Source: Bacteroidota bacterium
GTDB lineage: Bacteria > Bacteroidota > Bacteroidia > Bacteroidales > GCA-2748055
Length of the DNA: 64,000 nucleotides
Assembly: GCA_039714775.1 (NCBI GenBank)
Contig: JBDLIQ010000006.1
Coordinates: forward strand, 3,695 to 67,694
Direction: 5' to 3'
Shown: piece after piece, positions 1 through 11,700 of the stretch
How the letters are laid out: each line of letters begins with the position of its first letter
Position numbering within the stretch: the stretch's first letter is position 1
Notes under the pieces: generated by a model
Seen by the model: the letters and a program-made list of their open reading frames with translations, nothing else
What the model was told of the DNA's origin: nothing
Database searches by the model: none
Translations under genes and position numbers: made by a program

Positions 1-10
1 TTTAACATTT

Positions 11-3000
11 CTAGAAAGTCAGGTTTAACTTGATTCCAACGGGCATGACCCAGGGTTCCACATTGTACCTTTCAATTCCCTGTTTGAAGTGTCCGGCTTC
101 GGCCTGGAAGGCGCGTTCCGGATCGATCCCGATCTTGGCCTTGGTCCAGAGCATGATGTTCCGGCTAAAGACCGATACAGAGGCATTCTTTATACCTATT
201 CGGCTGACCAGTGAAATGGGAAGCTGGTAGGAGAGCGATATCTCTCTTAGCTTAACAAAGTCCGAGTCAAATGTGGAAGGTGCTGTAAAACCCCACGGAT
301 AACTCACAATGTAGGGCATCACTGTGGTGCCATTCGGTTCACCCATGTTCTCTCCCAGGTGTTCCACATAGGTTACTCCCCCTTCGCCATCAGGTACTTC
401 AATCACCCCGGGAATAAAATAACCATCATTGACTGTCACGCCACTCCAGCTCTCAGGGAATCCCCCATACTCGGGGGTGGGGCCACCCACCACATGAAAT
501 CCGTTCCTGATATACTCATCCTCGTTGGCCACCAGCCAGTCTCTGAGCTCTTTACCTGTCCTGTTACCCGGGTGGATCAACTGGTCGAGCCAGTGTTGCG
601 AATTGGCATTCTCGGCCATGTACCTGTAGGTCTGTGAAACAAATTGCCCGCCTTTCCTCCAGTCAAATGTCATGTTAAGGCTAAAACCCTTGAAAGTAAC
701 CGAAGTCTGCAGGCCCAGCAAAAAGTCGGGATTATAGTTCCCAATCTTATTCCTGGTATCCTCACTCTTAATATCCTGCCACTCGTTATCGCTACCCCCG
801 ATAATTGGATAGCCATAGTAAGGCGATTCCGGATCCTCTACAGTAATCACCCTGGAATCGTAGATGTCTCCAATCTGATCCCCTTCATAGGTCCATGCCC
901 CCCCCTTTGCATCATTCCAGAAACGGATCAGCTCAACTCCTTCAGCTATCTCCGTCAGGGTGGTCCGGTCACGATAAAAGTTGGCAGTAATATCCCAGGT
1001 CCAGTTGTTGTTTCTTACCGGTGTTCCCCCCACAAGGAGTTCCAATCCTTTACTCTCAATCAGACCGGCATTTATTGTTTTCACGGGGTATCCGGTGGAA
1101 CTGGCAAAGCGTACATCGTAAATCTGATCGCGATTATCCGCTTCGAAATAGGTACCTTCAAACCTGATCCGGTCATTGAACATGCGTAGGTCAGTACCAA
1201 ATTCCCAGGATATGGCGTCTTCATTCTTCATTGCATTGTTATAGACTTTTCCCGGTACTGAAAGCCTTGTGGCATCACCCCACTGTCCTACATTTCCATA
1301 TGTTGCAACAAGATTATAAGGATGGGTTCCATTCCCTACGTCTGCCACTCCTCCCCGCAGTTTAAAAAGATTTACATTGCGGCCCAGGTCCACCATCTCA
1401 TTGATCAGCATACTCAGGGAGACAGAGGGGTAGTCATAACGCCAGTTCTCCTTTGGAAGGGTACTGGCCCAGTCACTCCTGTAAGTCAGGTCCAGATAAA
1501 CCATATCTTTAAAGGAGAGGTTAGCCAGGCCATAGAGGCTGTAAACGGCCATCTGGGACCAACCACTCCCGTAATTAAGGGATCCCGACTTAATATTACT
1601 TACGGTATATACACCCGGCACGATCAGCCCCGCCTTGGATTTGGAAGAGTTGCTCAGGGAAGACCCTTTCGCATACCGGGCATTTCCTCCTCCTGAAACC
1701 GTAAAACTCAGAGCGCTAAGCTCCCTGGTGTATGAAAGCAGAAAGTCTGCGTTGCGATCATAGTTCATCAAATCCACCACCCCGTATGCTCCGTTGTTGG
1801 GTTCCCTTGAATAACTGGGTCCGATCTTGGTCTCTCTCTTTTCACTATACCTGTCCAGGGAATAGCGCCCCATCAGGCTCAGTTCGGGAAGGATCTGCCA
1901 GAGGGCCTTCAGGTTCCCATACACCCGGTCCCGGGTAAAGCTGTTGTTCACTTCATAGGCCAGGAAATAGGGATTGTCATAGACTCCGTTATAAGGTGTT
2001 CTCTGCTGAACCCCTTCCTGTCCTGGTTCCCAGTAGTCCTCCAACTCCGAGATGGGGATGTTGAGGGGCACCTTGTAGGCCCACTCCAGTGGATTGGTCC
2101 CCCGGTTGCTGGAGGGCCTGTTATCAGACCAGGAGCGATTGATGTTGAAGTTTGAACTGATGGTCAGTTTTTTTGTGGCCTTTACCGTCCCTGCAAGGGA
2201 GAGGCTGTTCTTGAAAAGATCAGTGTTGGGAACAATCCCCTGGTGGCTCATGTTGGCATAGCCGATCCTGTAGTCCATAAGCTCTGTATGGTTTGCAACA
2301 GAGAGCCCGTTGGTAGTGGTGATCCCGGTACGAACAAAGTTGGCTACATTATCGGGATTGGAGACAACCTCAATGGGTACAGGATTCCCAAGGGCATCTT
2401 TCGGACTGTGCCACTGCAGGGCATAATATCCTTTATCACACTCGATCCCGGCACCAGCTGCCTGTGCAGGCGAGATCTTCATTACAGACCCCGGGTAGTT
2501 CTCGGGTGTGAATGAAAAATAACCGGAGGAAAAATGCTTCTGGGTCTCAAAGTATTTATAGGGCCGGTCGAATACGGTATTGGAGGTCACATTCACTGTC
2601 ATGCCACTGGCTCTATTTCCCGATTTAGTAGTGATCATTATAACCCCGTTGCCTGCCCGTGAACCGTACAGGGCCGCTGCGCTTGCTCCTTTCAGTACAG
2701 AAATACTCTCTATATCATCAGGATTGATGTCTGAAATTGCATTCCCATAATCCACAATGTTTCTTTCACCGAACTGGGTAGTGTTGTTGACAGTATTGAT
2801 CATGGGAACACCATCTACTACAAATAACGGCTGGTTATCAGTGGTCAGGGAACCTGCCCCCCTGATTACCATGTTCACCGACGATCCGGTTCCCCCGGTT
2901 GAGTTGATCACAACTCCGGATACTTTTCCTGCCAGGGAGTTCAACACATTTTCATTCACCACCCGGTTGATCTCCTCACCGGCAACTTTCCCCACTGAGA

Positions 3001-3409
3001 AACCGAGGGACTTCTCCTCCCGGGTAATACCCAGTGCAGTGACAACCACCTCCTCCAGCTGCTCGGCACTTTCTGCCAGGGCCACATCGATGATTCTCTG
3101 ATTCCCGACGGTTAACTCCCTGGTTTCATAACCTATGTAAGAGTAAACCAGGATCGCCTGGGTACCAGATACTTCAATAGAATACTCCCCATTGTTATTG
3201 GTAATCACACCTGTTCGTGTTCCTTTAATGACCACATTGACTCCGGGGAGAGCGCCTCCATCCAGAACAGATGTCACTGTTCCTGAGACTGCAAAGGATT
3301 GTTGGGCCATGACCTGACTCACAGGCAGGAGCCCGGTTAGCAGACATGCACAAAGGGCTGCCGAACGCAAGCGCTTCAGCAGCTTTGGCAAAAAAAGATG
3401 GTTGTTCAT
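11..3409 (-). CDS. SusC/RagA-family TonB-dependent outer-membrane glycan transporter
   Basis: 1132-aa ORF with a signal peptide. Carboxypeptidase-regulatory-like N-domain (VSGTVTSVLDGGALPGVNVVIKGTRTGVITNNNGEYSIEV). Plug motifs (EVVVTALGI, NMVIRGAGS). Long barrel ending in an aromatic residue (...KLNLTF). A partner SusD would lie left of the window. Confidence 0.9.
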   Translation of the reverse strand: MNNHLFLPKLLKRLRSAALCACLLTGLLPVSQVMAQQSFAVSGTVTSVLDGGALPGVNVVIKGTRTGVITNNNGEYSIEVSGTQAILVYSYIGYETRELTVGNQRIIDVALAESAEQLEEVVVTALGITREEKSLGFSVGKVAGEEINRVVNENVLNSLAGKVSGVVINSTGGTGSSVNMVIRGAGSLTTDNQPLFVVDGVPMINTVNNTTQFGERNIVDYGNAISDINPDDIESISVLKGASAAALYGSRAGNGVIMITTKSGNRASGMTVNVTSNTVFDRPYKYFETQKHFSSGYFSFTPENYPGSVMKISPAQAAGAGIECDKGYYALQWHSPKDALGNPVPIEVVSNPDNVANFVRTGITTTNGLSVANHTELMDYRIGYANMSHQGIVPNTDLFKNSLSLAGTVKATKKLTISSNFNINRSWSDNRPSSNRGTNPLEWAYKVPLNIPISELEDYWEPGQEGVQQRTPYNGVYDNPYFLAYEVNNSFTRDRVYGNLKALWQILPELSLMGRYSLDRYSEKRETKIGPSYSREPNNGAYGVVDLMNYDRNADFLLSYTRELSALSFTVSGGGNARYAKGSSLSNSSKSKAGLIVPGVYTVSNIKSGSLNYGSGWSQMAVYSLYGLANLSFKDMVYLDLTYRSDWASTLPKENWRYDYPSVSLSMLINEMVDLGRNVNLFKLRGGVADVGNGTHPYNLVATYGNVGQWGDATRLSVPGKVYNNAMKNEDAISWEFGTDLRMFNDRIRFEGTYFEADNRDQIYDVRFASSTGYPVKTINAGLIESKGLELLVGGTPVRNNNWTWDITANFYRDRTTLTEIAEGVELIRFWNDAKGGAWTYEGDQIGDIYDSRVITVEDPESPYYGYPIIGGSDNEWQDIKSEDTRNKIGNYNPDFLLGLQTSVTFKGFSLNMTFDWRKGGQFVSQTYRYMAENANSQHWLDQLIHPGNRTGKELRDWLVANEDEYIRNGFHVVGGPTPEYGGFPESWSGVTVNDGYFIPGVIEVPDGEGGVTYVEHLGENMGEPNGTTVMPYIVSYPWGFTAPSTFDSDFVKLREISLSYQLPISLVSRIGIKNASVSVFSRNIMLWTKAKIGIDPERAFQAEAGHFKQGIERYNVEPWVMPVGIKLNLTF

Positions 3410-3663
3410 AGTTTTAGTTTAGTATGTGTAGTTCAGGTACAGTACAAGCAAAAGTCAGATAAACTTATGAAGACAGAATCACATTGTCAAGTTTTTAGTA
3501 GTTTTACAAGTAATATTAACCAAATTTTTAATATGCTAACTCTACGTCAGATAATAGGGTTAATTTATTATAAGTATTGGTTAAAATTCCATAAAATCGA
3601 GACAGAGTCAATCATTCAAGTCAGTTGCAGTCAGATTACCTGTTTAATTAAAACTAACGGAAT

Positions 3664-5445
3664 ATGAGCGGGCAGAGGAGAGAGAGACTCTGGAAGATTG
3701 CCGGAATCACAACCGGGACGCTCCTGCTGTTGATCTTTTTTCTATTCTCCTATCCCTTCAGGGGGAGGCCCTTTAACGGTCAGCGCCACGGCAATCCACC
3801 ACTTACCCCGGCCTGGGCCCTGGAGTGCTGGCTCTGGGAGGATGATGACAATACAGCCACGAGGGTTGATGAATTGCTGGAAGGGTATGCTGCCCATGAC
3901 ATCCCGGTCAGGACCATCCTGCTGGACAGTCCGTGGAGTTTAAGGTACAATGATTTCCGGGTGGATGAGGAGCGCTATCCCGAACCAGAGAGGTGGTTTG
4001 GAAAACTTCAGGATAGCGGATACCGGGTGGTGCTCTGGATGACCCCCATGGTGAACAGCCAAAACGATGATACCGGTATTGAAGATTCAGAATCGTGGTA
4101 CCAGGTGGCCCGTGACAGCAACTATCTCGCGGGCAAGGGAGCCCGGATCGACTGGTGGAAGGGAACCGGAGGATTTATCGATTATACCAATCCGGAAGCT
4201 GTTAACTGGTGGCATGGTCTACAGCAGAATCTCCTGGATTATGGCATTGATGGATGGAAACTGGATGGTTCTGCCACGCTTTTCCACAGCAAAGCAGGTC
4301 CCCTGCCCCTCCCCTACATGAGAACTTACAAAGGGGTGACAACCACGCGACAGTACATGGACCTTTACTACCGGAAGGAGTACCAGCATGGATTGGAACA
4401 GAACCCTGAATTTGTCACCCTCTCCCGCTCCATCGACCGCGGCTTTCATCCCGAGGGCTTTGCGCCCATCGATGCCTCCCCTGTTAACTGGGTCGGGGAC
4501 CAGAAACACCACTGGAGTGCAGGGAGTCAGGATAAAGAGGGTGAATCCCGTCAAAAGGATATTGCACTGAGAGGCATCGAAGGTTTCGAGTCCGCCATTG
4601 AGAGCATTCTTGAAAGTGCAAAACTGGGATACAGCGTGGTGGGCTCTGATATCGCAGGATTCTCAGGCGATTCGATCCCTTCCCGCCTCTACATCCGCTG
4701 GGCACAGTTCTCCACCTTCTGCGGACTCTTCCTGAATGGGGGACACGGAGAGCGGGCACTGTGGAAACGAAGTTCCCGGGAGCTGGAGATCATCCGTGAA
4801 TATGCATGGCTGCATACCGAACTGGTCCCATACATCTACAGTGCTGTTGCTGAAGCACATCTGGGAGGAGCGGTGCTGCAGCGCCCCATACGGGGAAAAT
4901 ACCAATATATGTTTGGGGATCATTTGCTGGTAGCTCCCATCTACAGGGATGAGTTGAAAAGGGAGGTCCTGTTACCTGCCGGAAAATGGCGGTACTGGTT
5001 TGATTACCGGGAGGTTATTAATGGACCCGTTCAATTTGAGAGGGAGTTTCCAATGGATGAGTACCCGGTCTATATCCGGGAGGGTGCCATCATCCCCATG
5101 CATATTGAGAGATCCTATACGGGAATCGGAGATGAGCACTCCAAAGGTTTTCTCACATTAAGGATCTATCCGTCCGGGAAGAGCAGTTACACGCTTCACC
5201 ATCCCGGTAACGAGGAAAGAACAGAAATTTTTGTGAATGAAACGGAAACATCCATTGAGGTCACTATAAATGGATTGAAAAAACCTCATATCCTGAACCT
5301 GCACTGCCCGTCAGCCCCAAAAGAGGTCACCCTGGATCAGCGGATCCTCAACGATCCTGAAGTTTACTATTTTGATACAGAGAAAGAGATGGTGGTGATC
5401 AGAACCGATGCATATACCACAGGAAAATACACCATCAGTAAATAA
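3664..5445 (+). CDS. Glycoside hydrolase family 31-like (alpha-glucosidase/alpha-xylosidase type), membrane-anchored
   Basis: 593 aa with an N-terminal TM helix. GH31-like nucleophile context YGIDGWKLDGS and acid/base context VVGSDIAGFSG. Divergent from the SusC gene at 11-3409. Confidence 0.7.
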   Translation: MSGQRRERLWKIAGITTGTLLLLIFFLFSYPFRGRPFNGQRHGNPPLTPAWALECWLWEDDDNTATRVDELLEGYAAHDIPVRTILLDSPWSLRYNDFRVDEERYPEPERWFGKLQDSGYRVVLWMTPMVNSQNDDTGIEDSESWYQVARDSNYLAGKGARIDWWKGTGGFIDYTNPEAVNWWHGLQQNLLDYGIDGWKLDGSATLFHSKAGPLPLPYMRTYKGVTTTRQYMDLYYRKEYQHGLEQNPEFVTLSRSIDRGFHPEGFAPIDASPVNWVGDQKHHWSAGSQDKEGESRQKDIALRGIEGFESAIESILESAKLGYSVVGSDIAGFSGDSIPSRLYIRWAQFSTFCGLFLNGGHGERALWKRSSRELEIIREYAWLHTELVPYIYSAVAEAHLGGAVLQRPIRGKYQYMFGDHLLVAPIYRDELKREVLLPAGKWRYWFDYREVINGPVQFEREFPMDEYPVYIREGAIIPMHIERSYTGIGDEHSKGFLTLRIYPSGKSSYTLHHPGNEERTEIFVNETETSIEVTINGLKKPHILNLHCPSAPKEVTLDQRILNDPEVYYFDTEKEMVVIRTDAYTTGKYTISK

Positions 5446-5480
5446 TAAATTATATTAGAACACGAATTAACGAAACATCC

Positions 5481-6482
5481 ATGATGAAAACATTGATAAA
5501 AAAGGGATTCTTCAGAATCATGGTCCTGCTCATCTCTACCGGCACTATTTTCACCTCCTGCGTTGATCAGAAGAGGCAGGGTGAAGCAGAAACCTGGGCC
5601 GAAAAACTTGGATTTCCTCCGGGCAAGCGGGTCATCATACTCCATGCCGATGATGCGGGGATGTGCGGGGCTGCCAACCTGGCAACTGCAGAGCTGCTTG
5701 AAAACGACCATATACAGTCAACCGCTGTGATGGTTCCCTGCCCAAAAGCTGATGAATTCATCCAGTGGGCAGTTGAACATCCCGGTGAAGATGTGGGACT
5801 GCACCTGACCCTCACCAGCGAATGGAAGCATTACCGGTGGGGACCCGTATCTGATCCCGACTCGGTGCCCGGCCTGATCGACCCGGATGGCATGCTATGG
5901 CGCAGTGTACCTGAAGTGCTGACGAATGCCACACCCGAAGAGATTGAGAAGGAGATCAGGGCACAGATTGAGCGATCCATCGCCCTGGGGTACCAGCCCG
6001 ATCACATCGACTCCCACATGGGAACACTCTTCAGTCATCCCGATTATCTGAATCTGTTTTTGAAAGTTGCAGAAGCGTATCATATTCCGGCCAATGCACT
6101 CAATTTTGCAGATACAGCGCTTGTCAGCAAGTTACGTGAAGCGGGTTACCCCATCGATGAGCGGGTCATTGAAATCATGAATGCATACACCCTTCCAAAA
6201 CTCGACTATATCACCTGGGTACCCAAAGGGAAGAGCTATGATGATGTCATGGACAAGTTCAAAACCATGGTCAGCACACTCTCTCCCGGTCTGATCGAGA
6301 TTGTTTTTCATCCTTCGGTGGAGACAGAAGCGCTTAAGACCATCACCAATTCATGGCAGCAGCGGGTGTGGGAATATGAGATGTTTTCAGATCCCGGCCT
6401 GAAAAGTTTTTTTGAGAAGGAGGGGATCATCTTCACCAACTGGAGAGAGGTGATGGCAAAGTTTGAATTGATAAGCCAATGA
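5481..6482 (+). CDS. YdjC/ChbG-family carbohydrate deacetylase
   Basis: 333 aa with a signal peptide. YdjC-type motifs VIILHADDAGMCGAAN ... STAVMVPCP ... VGLHLTLTSEW. Confidence 0.75.
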   Translation: MMKTLIKKGFFRIMVLLISTGTIFTSCVDQKRQGEAETWAEKLGFPPGKRVIILHADDAGMCGAANLATAELLENDHIQSTAVMVPCPKADEFIQWAVEHPGEDVGLHLTLTSEWKHYRWGPVSDPDSVPGLIDPDGMLWRSVPEVLTNATPEEIEKEIRAQIERSIALGYQPDHIDSHMGTLFSHPDYLNLFLKVAEAYHIPANALNFADTALVSKLREAGYPIDERVIEIMNAYTLPKLDYITWVPKGKSYDDVMDKFKTMVSTLSPGLIEIVFHPSVETEALKTITNSWQQRVWEYEMFSDPGLKSFFEKEGIIFTNWREVMAKFELISQ

Positions 6483-7471
6483 TGATTCAACATGCAACAG
6501 GGATGATCCGAAAAGCTTCCACTGCGCTCCTTTTACTGCTGGTTATTCACTCCCCCGGATCCGGACAGGAATCCAGCGAAGCTGACCGTCCCCTGAAACC
6601 ACCAAAGGGCTACAGGAGCGAAACCATGTTGAAAGCAGCTTATGCATTGGGCTTCCTTGATCTGATCGACAGAGAACCTCCTGTTCCCAGCAACATCCGG
6701 GCCTGGAAGGATATTGTGTATAAGGAGGTGGACACCATCACCCTGAAGCTGGACATTTACAGAAAAACGGAGTTAAAAGATCCGGCACCCATCCTTATCT
6801 TTATCCATGGCGGATCATGGTCAGGGGGAGAAAGATCCGACTACCTGCCCTACCTGATCGACTATGCAGAGAAAGGATATGTCACAGTCACTGTATCTTA
6901 CAGGTTATCGGGTGTTGCACAATACCCGGCGGCTGTGGAGGATGTAAAATGTGCCGTGAAGTGGATCAGAAGCCATGCTGAAGCATATTCAATCGATCCG
7001 GAGAGGATCGCCCTGGTTGGAGGTTCGGCCGGTGGCCACCTGGCCATGATGGTGGCCTATGCTGATGAGAAGGTGTTTGGGGGTGCGTGCAATAATGGGA
7101 CCGGCGAAAAGGTGAAGGCCATTGTGAATCTATACGGACCGGCTGACCTGACCTCCGAAGATGCCCGCAACCACAGCAAAGTCAGACAATTTCTTGGTAA
7201 GGGCTACCAGGATGCTCCGGAACTTTACAGAATCTCCTCACCCCGTACACACATCTCCCGGGATGACCCACCGACGCTGATATTTCACGGCACCCTGGAC
7301 AGCACGGTTCCGGTGGGCCAGTCCGACTCCCTGCACCGGTGGTTAAACATCGCAGGGGTCCCCAATGAGTACCACAGGCTGAAGGGGTGGCCACACACCA
7401 TGGACCTGTCTCAGAAGGTCAATGCCTATTGCCAGTATTACATGGACGCCTTCTTTAAAGAGCATCTGTGA
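6479..7471 (+). CDS. Alpha/beta-hydrolase esterase (fold-3 / carbohydrate-esterase-like)
   Basis: 330 aa with a signal peptide. Oxyanion motif IFIHGGSWSGGE, nucleophile elbow GGSAGGHLA, late FHGTLDSTVP. The start overlaps the upstream stop (ATGA), suggesting one operon with 3664-6482. Confidence 0.8.
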   Translation: MMIQHATGMIRKASTALLLLLVIHSPGSGQESSEADRPLKPPKGYRSETMLKAAYALGFLDLIDREPPVPSNIRAWKDIVYKEVDTITLKLDIYRKTELKDPAPILIFIHGGSWSGGERSDYLPYLIDYAEKGYVTVTVSYRLSGVAQYPAAVEDVKCAVKWIRSHAEAYSIDPERIALVGGSAGGHLAMMVAYADEKVFGGACNNGTGEKVKAIVNLYGPADLTSEDARNHSKVRQFLGKGYQDAPELYRISSPRTHISRDDPPTLIFHGTLDSTVPVGQSDSLHRWLNIAGVPNEYHRLKGWPHTMDLSQKVNAYCQYYMDAFFKEHL

Positions 7472-7618
7472 GATACTATTTTTACCTGAAAATGGGGAAA
7501 TGGTTATGAAAAGTCATAAAAGGGTTAAAAAAAGAGTAGTTCACATATTATAAATAGCATTACATTGTATAACTTATTTTGAATATAAACCAATACCAAC
7601 CTTTAAACCATACAGATT

Positions 7619-8533
7619 ATGAAAAAAACAACAGCATTTCTTACCAGGTTCACAACTTTTGTTGTCCTGGCAATTCTCGCCTACTCCTGTGGAGATCCGG
7701 TTCCTGAACCAACCCTGCAGGTCTTCTCCAGTGTTGACGGATACCAGGTAGCCTTTACAGCAACCGCCACCAATGCAGACAGCTATGCATGGGATTTTGG
7801 TGATGGTGAGACCAGTACAGAGCAGAACCCGGTTCACACCTATGCATCATCAGGCAGCTTTACAGCCACCTGCACCGTCACCGGTGAGGGAGGTACAGCC
7901 GATGCATCGACCGAAGTGACCATTGCAGCCTCCGAAATGGAGATGCTGACCGGTGGTTCCTCCATGGCCGATGGCAAGACATGGGTCTTCAGTCCCACTG
8001 CATCGGAAGGTGATGGAATTTACTATGCCAATGCAGATATGGAGTTTCAGGAACCTCTGCCAGATGGAATTTTGGGTCTGATTGGCCTTCCAAGTGAATA
8101 TGAGGATGAATTTATCTTCAAGCATGACGGAACCTACACGCATGATGTGAAGAATGACAGCGTGGTAACTGACCTGGTTTTTGCTATGCTCAACCAGCTG
8201 GAATACAGGCCATCAGCAGAGGATGTTGTGGTGCTTTGCCCGTTTACTCCGGCAGCTGCCACCTTTACCTATGCAGAAGCAGCGGGGCTGACACTTGAAG
8301 TAACTGATCAGGATACCCCTGAGGAATCATCTGATGTTACATGGGATGGTGTCACTGTGCTGGAGATTGCAGGAGGAGAGTTTATCGGGGTGATGGACTT
8401 TACCAGGAAGTATATCGTTTTCGAGATTACCCCTGATAAAATGGTGCTTGGAATATTTATCTCCACCACTGCCGGATCCAAGGCAGACAAGCCCACCCAC
8501 TTCTTAAGAATGACCTTTGTTCCAAAGTCGTAG
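7619..8533 (+). CDS. PKD-domain lipoprotein of unknown function
   Basis: 304 aa. Lipobox LAYSCGD. PKD signature YAWDFGDGETSTEQNPVHTYASSGSFTATCTVTGEGG. The remaining ~200 aa have no motif I recognise. Confidence 0.7.
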   Translation: MKKTTAFLTRFTTFVVLAILAYSCGDPVPEPTLQVFSSVDGYQVAFTATATNADSYAWDFGDGETSTEQNPVHTYASSGSFTATCTVTGEGGTADASTEVTIAASEMEMLTGGSSMADGKTWVFSPTASEGDGIYYANADMEFQEPLPDGILGLIGLPSEYEDEFIFKHDGTYTHDVKNDSVVTDLVFAMLNQLEYRPSAEDVVVLCPFTPAAATFTYAEAAGLTLEVTDQDTPEESSDVTWDGVTVLEIAGGEFIGVMDFTRKYIVFEITPDKMVLGIFISTTAGSKADKPTHFLRMTFVPKS

Positions 8534-8575
8534 TACCTTTTTCTTAGAAGAGGTTCTTACAAGTTAAACTGAAGA

Positions 8576-8617
8576 GGTTCACTGCGGATCAGTCCGTAGT
8601 GAACCTTCTCTTTTTGA
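8576..8617 (+). terminator. Rho-independent terminator after the PKD gene
   Basis: 14-bp stem AGGTTCACTGCGGA / TCCGTAGTGAACCT with one G-U pair and a tcag tetraloop, followed by tctcttttt. Confidence 0.65.
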
Positions 8618-8722
8618 GTGATCTTTGGTGTGATCCCCTGAAATCACACCATTGATAATATCAACTTCATTTCCGCTCATGCAGTAAGAATTCTTCCTGA
8701 AATTAGTTTTTTCCGGAAATGA

Positions 8723-11700
8723 TCAGCCCTGAACAGAGCTGGAGTTTACTTCAGAGGGATTCTTGTTAAACAACTTTTTAAATGCTCTGCTGAAATAGGC
8801 CGGATCATTGAACCCCACCCTGTAGGCAATCTCAGAGACTGAGAATTCGCCCTTTAACAGCAGTTTATTTGCCTCTTTGAGCCTGATGTTCCTGATAAAC
8901 TCGGAGGAGGTCAAACCCGTCATCTTCTTTAGCTTCATATGCAGATGGGTCCTGCTAACATTCATCTCCTTGCAGAACTGGTCCACGCCAAATCTACCGT
9001 CATCCAGGTGTCTGAAAACGGTATCCGAAAGTTGTTTGATAAACACCTGGTCCCTGTTCCCGAGGCTGTCTGTTGTTTCGCTGAACGAATCAGTTCCTGA
9101 AAGGTGTTTGCGCAGGTTTTCGCGTGACCGGAGGATATTTCTGACCTGCAGATCCAGCTCCTTCAGGTTAAAAGGTTTGGAAATGTATGCATCAGCCCCC
9201 AGAAGAAGGCCATCCACACGGGATTCTGCATCAACCTTTGAGGTCAGCAAAATCATTGGGATGTGAGAGGTTTCGATGGAATTCTTTACTGCATTACAGA
9301 GCCTGAACCCATCCATATGCGGCATCATGATATCACTTATAATCAGATCAGGCTGAGCTTTCTTAATCCTTTTCAATGCTTCTTCTCCGTTTCCGGCAAT
9401 GATTACTTTAAATACACCTGAGAAATGGTGCTTGAGGAAAGAGGCCAGTTCCATGTTATCCTCAACGATCAGGAGCTCATACTTTGTCACTGAAGCATGA
9501 TCCTGAACATCAAATTCAACGAAAGGCTCCGACTTGTAGTCTGGCAGCACATCATCCGGCGTAAAGCTTGTGTTCTTTTCAATGAACCGGTCATCCTGGA
9601 TCAGTCCCGGATCCGGGTTATGCACCAGGGGTAACTGAACAACGGCCCTGGTCCCACCAGCACGGGGAGAGGTCATTACAATTTTCCCGCCCAGGTATTT
9701 CACAAGGCTGTGAACCAGAGAGAGCCCGATGCCGCTGCCCGGGAACTCCCGGGAGTCGGAGGAGACAAATGGCTCAAAAATATGCTTCCTGTTCTCCGCG
9801 GTGAGGCCCTGCCCGTTATCTGTGACTGTGATGATGATGCTCCCGGTTTTCTCCGATTCCGGACTGGCCAGGTGACTTCTCTCAGAGATTCTTACATCCA
9901 CATCAATCTTCCCCTGCTTCTCAAATGATTTACAGGCATTGCTAAGCAGGTTGGTCAGTATCTTTTCAAACTTATCAGCATCGAAAAATGTAATATAGGA
10001 GTCCCGGTTTGTAGTGAAGGTACCTTCGACAGATCTCTTCTCCATCAACGGATTGAAGGATTCAAAGGTTGATTGAATAAATGCAACAACATCACCCCTG
10101 TTGAATTTGAGCCTTACATGGTCGGTTTCAATTTTACGAAAATCCATCAACTGGCTAATAAGCACCAGAAGCCGGGTTGCATTTTTCTTCATCAGGGTCC
10201 CGTAATCCTTCATGGCCGGCAACAGGTTTTCATCACTCATCACATGCTCCAGTGTGGCAATGATCAGGGTCAGAGGAGTTTTAAATTCGTGACTGATGTA
10301 TGTGAAGAAATTGATGCGGTGCTTGCTTATCTCTTCATTTTTCTCCTTTTCCATTTTTGCAAGGCTTATGTTCATCAGTTCCCTTTGCCTTACCATATAG
10401 AAGCGTACAGACATTAGTGTTACAGAGACAATAAGGAATCCGTATAGAATATATCCCCATACAGATAACCAGAAGGGAGGCTTCATATGAAGTGATACCG
10501 TTCGCTCCTCTCCCGTCCAGACACCTCCACCCGCTGAAGCCTTTAAATGAAAAATATATTTTCCGGGAGAGAGGTTTGTATAGGTGGCACTGCGTTGATT
10601 TCCTACATAATTCCATCCCTCTTCCAGTCCCTCAAGAAAAAAAGCATATTCAGTATTTCCGGGAGCGTAATAGTTCAATGCCACAAAATCAAATGTGAAC
10701 ACTTTGTGCCTGTATCTCAGAGTGATCTCCTCCTGAAAATCAATATGGGTGGTAAGAATATCCTCCTTTCCAACTTCAAGGGATTCATTTGATAACTTAA
10801 AATCAACAAAGTGGATGACAGGTCTGGTGTCTGGCTTCTCCAGCTTCCCAGGATCAAAATAGGTCAACCCGTTCACAGCTCCGAAATAGATGATTCCGGA
10901 TGATGTAAGCAGTCCGGACCGGAAATTAAACTGGTTGCTGACCAATCCGTCATTCCCTGTATAATTCACAAACTGTTCTGAATGGGGATCCAACATAGAG
11001 AGCCCCCTGCCAGTACTTAGCCAGAGCTTACCTTCCAAATCCTCTGCGATGGCATATACCGTGTTACTGGGAAGCCCCTCCTCCACGCCATAGGATGTGA
11101 AATGATCCCTGGCCGGGTCGTATTTCAGCAGACCGCCCTCCTCGCTCCCGAACCAGGTAAATCCTTCCGAATCAAAATAGCAAAATATGAATCTGTCACT
11201 CAGTATATCCCTGTTGGTCCCCTTCCGGTAGTTTAAAACATGCATGTCGGGGTCAATCTTATAAATACCCTGTTCATAACTACAGGCCCATATGTTGCCC
11301 GAATGATCCTCCTCTACATGATAAATGAAGTTGTTGTTGAACAGTTCCGGTTTCCAGATCTTAAACTGATCATCCTCTATCTCTTTCATATAGAGGCCCT
11401 CAATAGAGCCCACCCAGATCCGCCCCTTTGAATCGATATGAATAGAGAAGAGGGATTTGGAATAGACATCCTCTTCCATATTTACCGGGGGGGAGAGCTC
11501 AATGCGCTCCACATGTCCGCTCTGTGCATCATACCTGTTCAGTCCTCCGATAAATGTACCGATCCATACATTCCCCTCATGATCCTCCTCCAGTGCATGT
11601 ACATTATTGGAAGACAAAGAGCCCGGATCCCCCGGGGTATGTTTCAGGTAAGAGAATGTTCCGGTACCGGGATCCAGAATACTGATGCCACCATCCTCAG

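Noticed and set aside
3418-3445. Possible fourth operator copy upstream of the first SusC (minus strand: GTACtGTACcTGAACtacacATAC)
   Set aside because: There is only one TGAAC, the spacing to ATAC is 5 and not 4, no second repeat lies 21 nt away, and it sits only ~22 nt from the ATG instead of 73-80 nt. This is a chance resemblance or a different site.
3398-3667. 89-aa ORF filling the SusC / GH31 divergent intergenic region
   Set aside because: The region is AT-rich and low in complexity, and it overlaps both neighbouring start codons. It is far more likely the shared promoter region than a gene.
8628-8651. Perfect 8-bp hairpin GGTGTGAT-cccctgaa-ATCACACC between the PKD gene and the HTCS1 stop
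   Set aside because: No T-run follows on either strand, so I cannot call it a terminator. The upstream 8576-8617 hairpin already accounts for termination of the PKD gene.
8877-9266. Matching 129-aa plus-strand ORFs inside both HTCS genes (8877-9266 and 32891-33280), and similar pairs at 10073-10417 / 34010-34327
   Set aside because: Their conservation is explained by the paralogy of the HTCS coding strands. They are antisense shadow ORFs, not a conserved overlapping gene.
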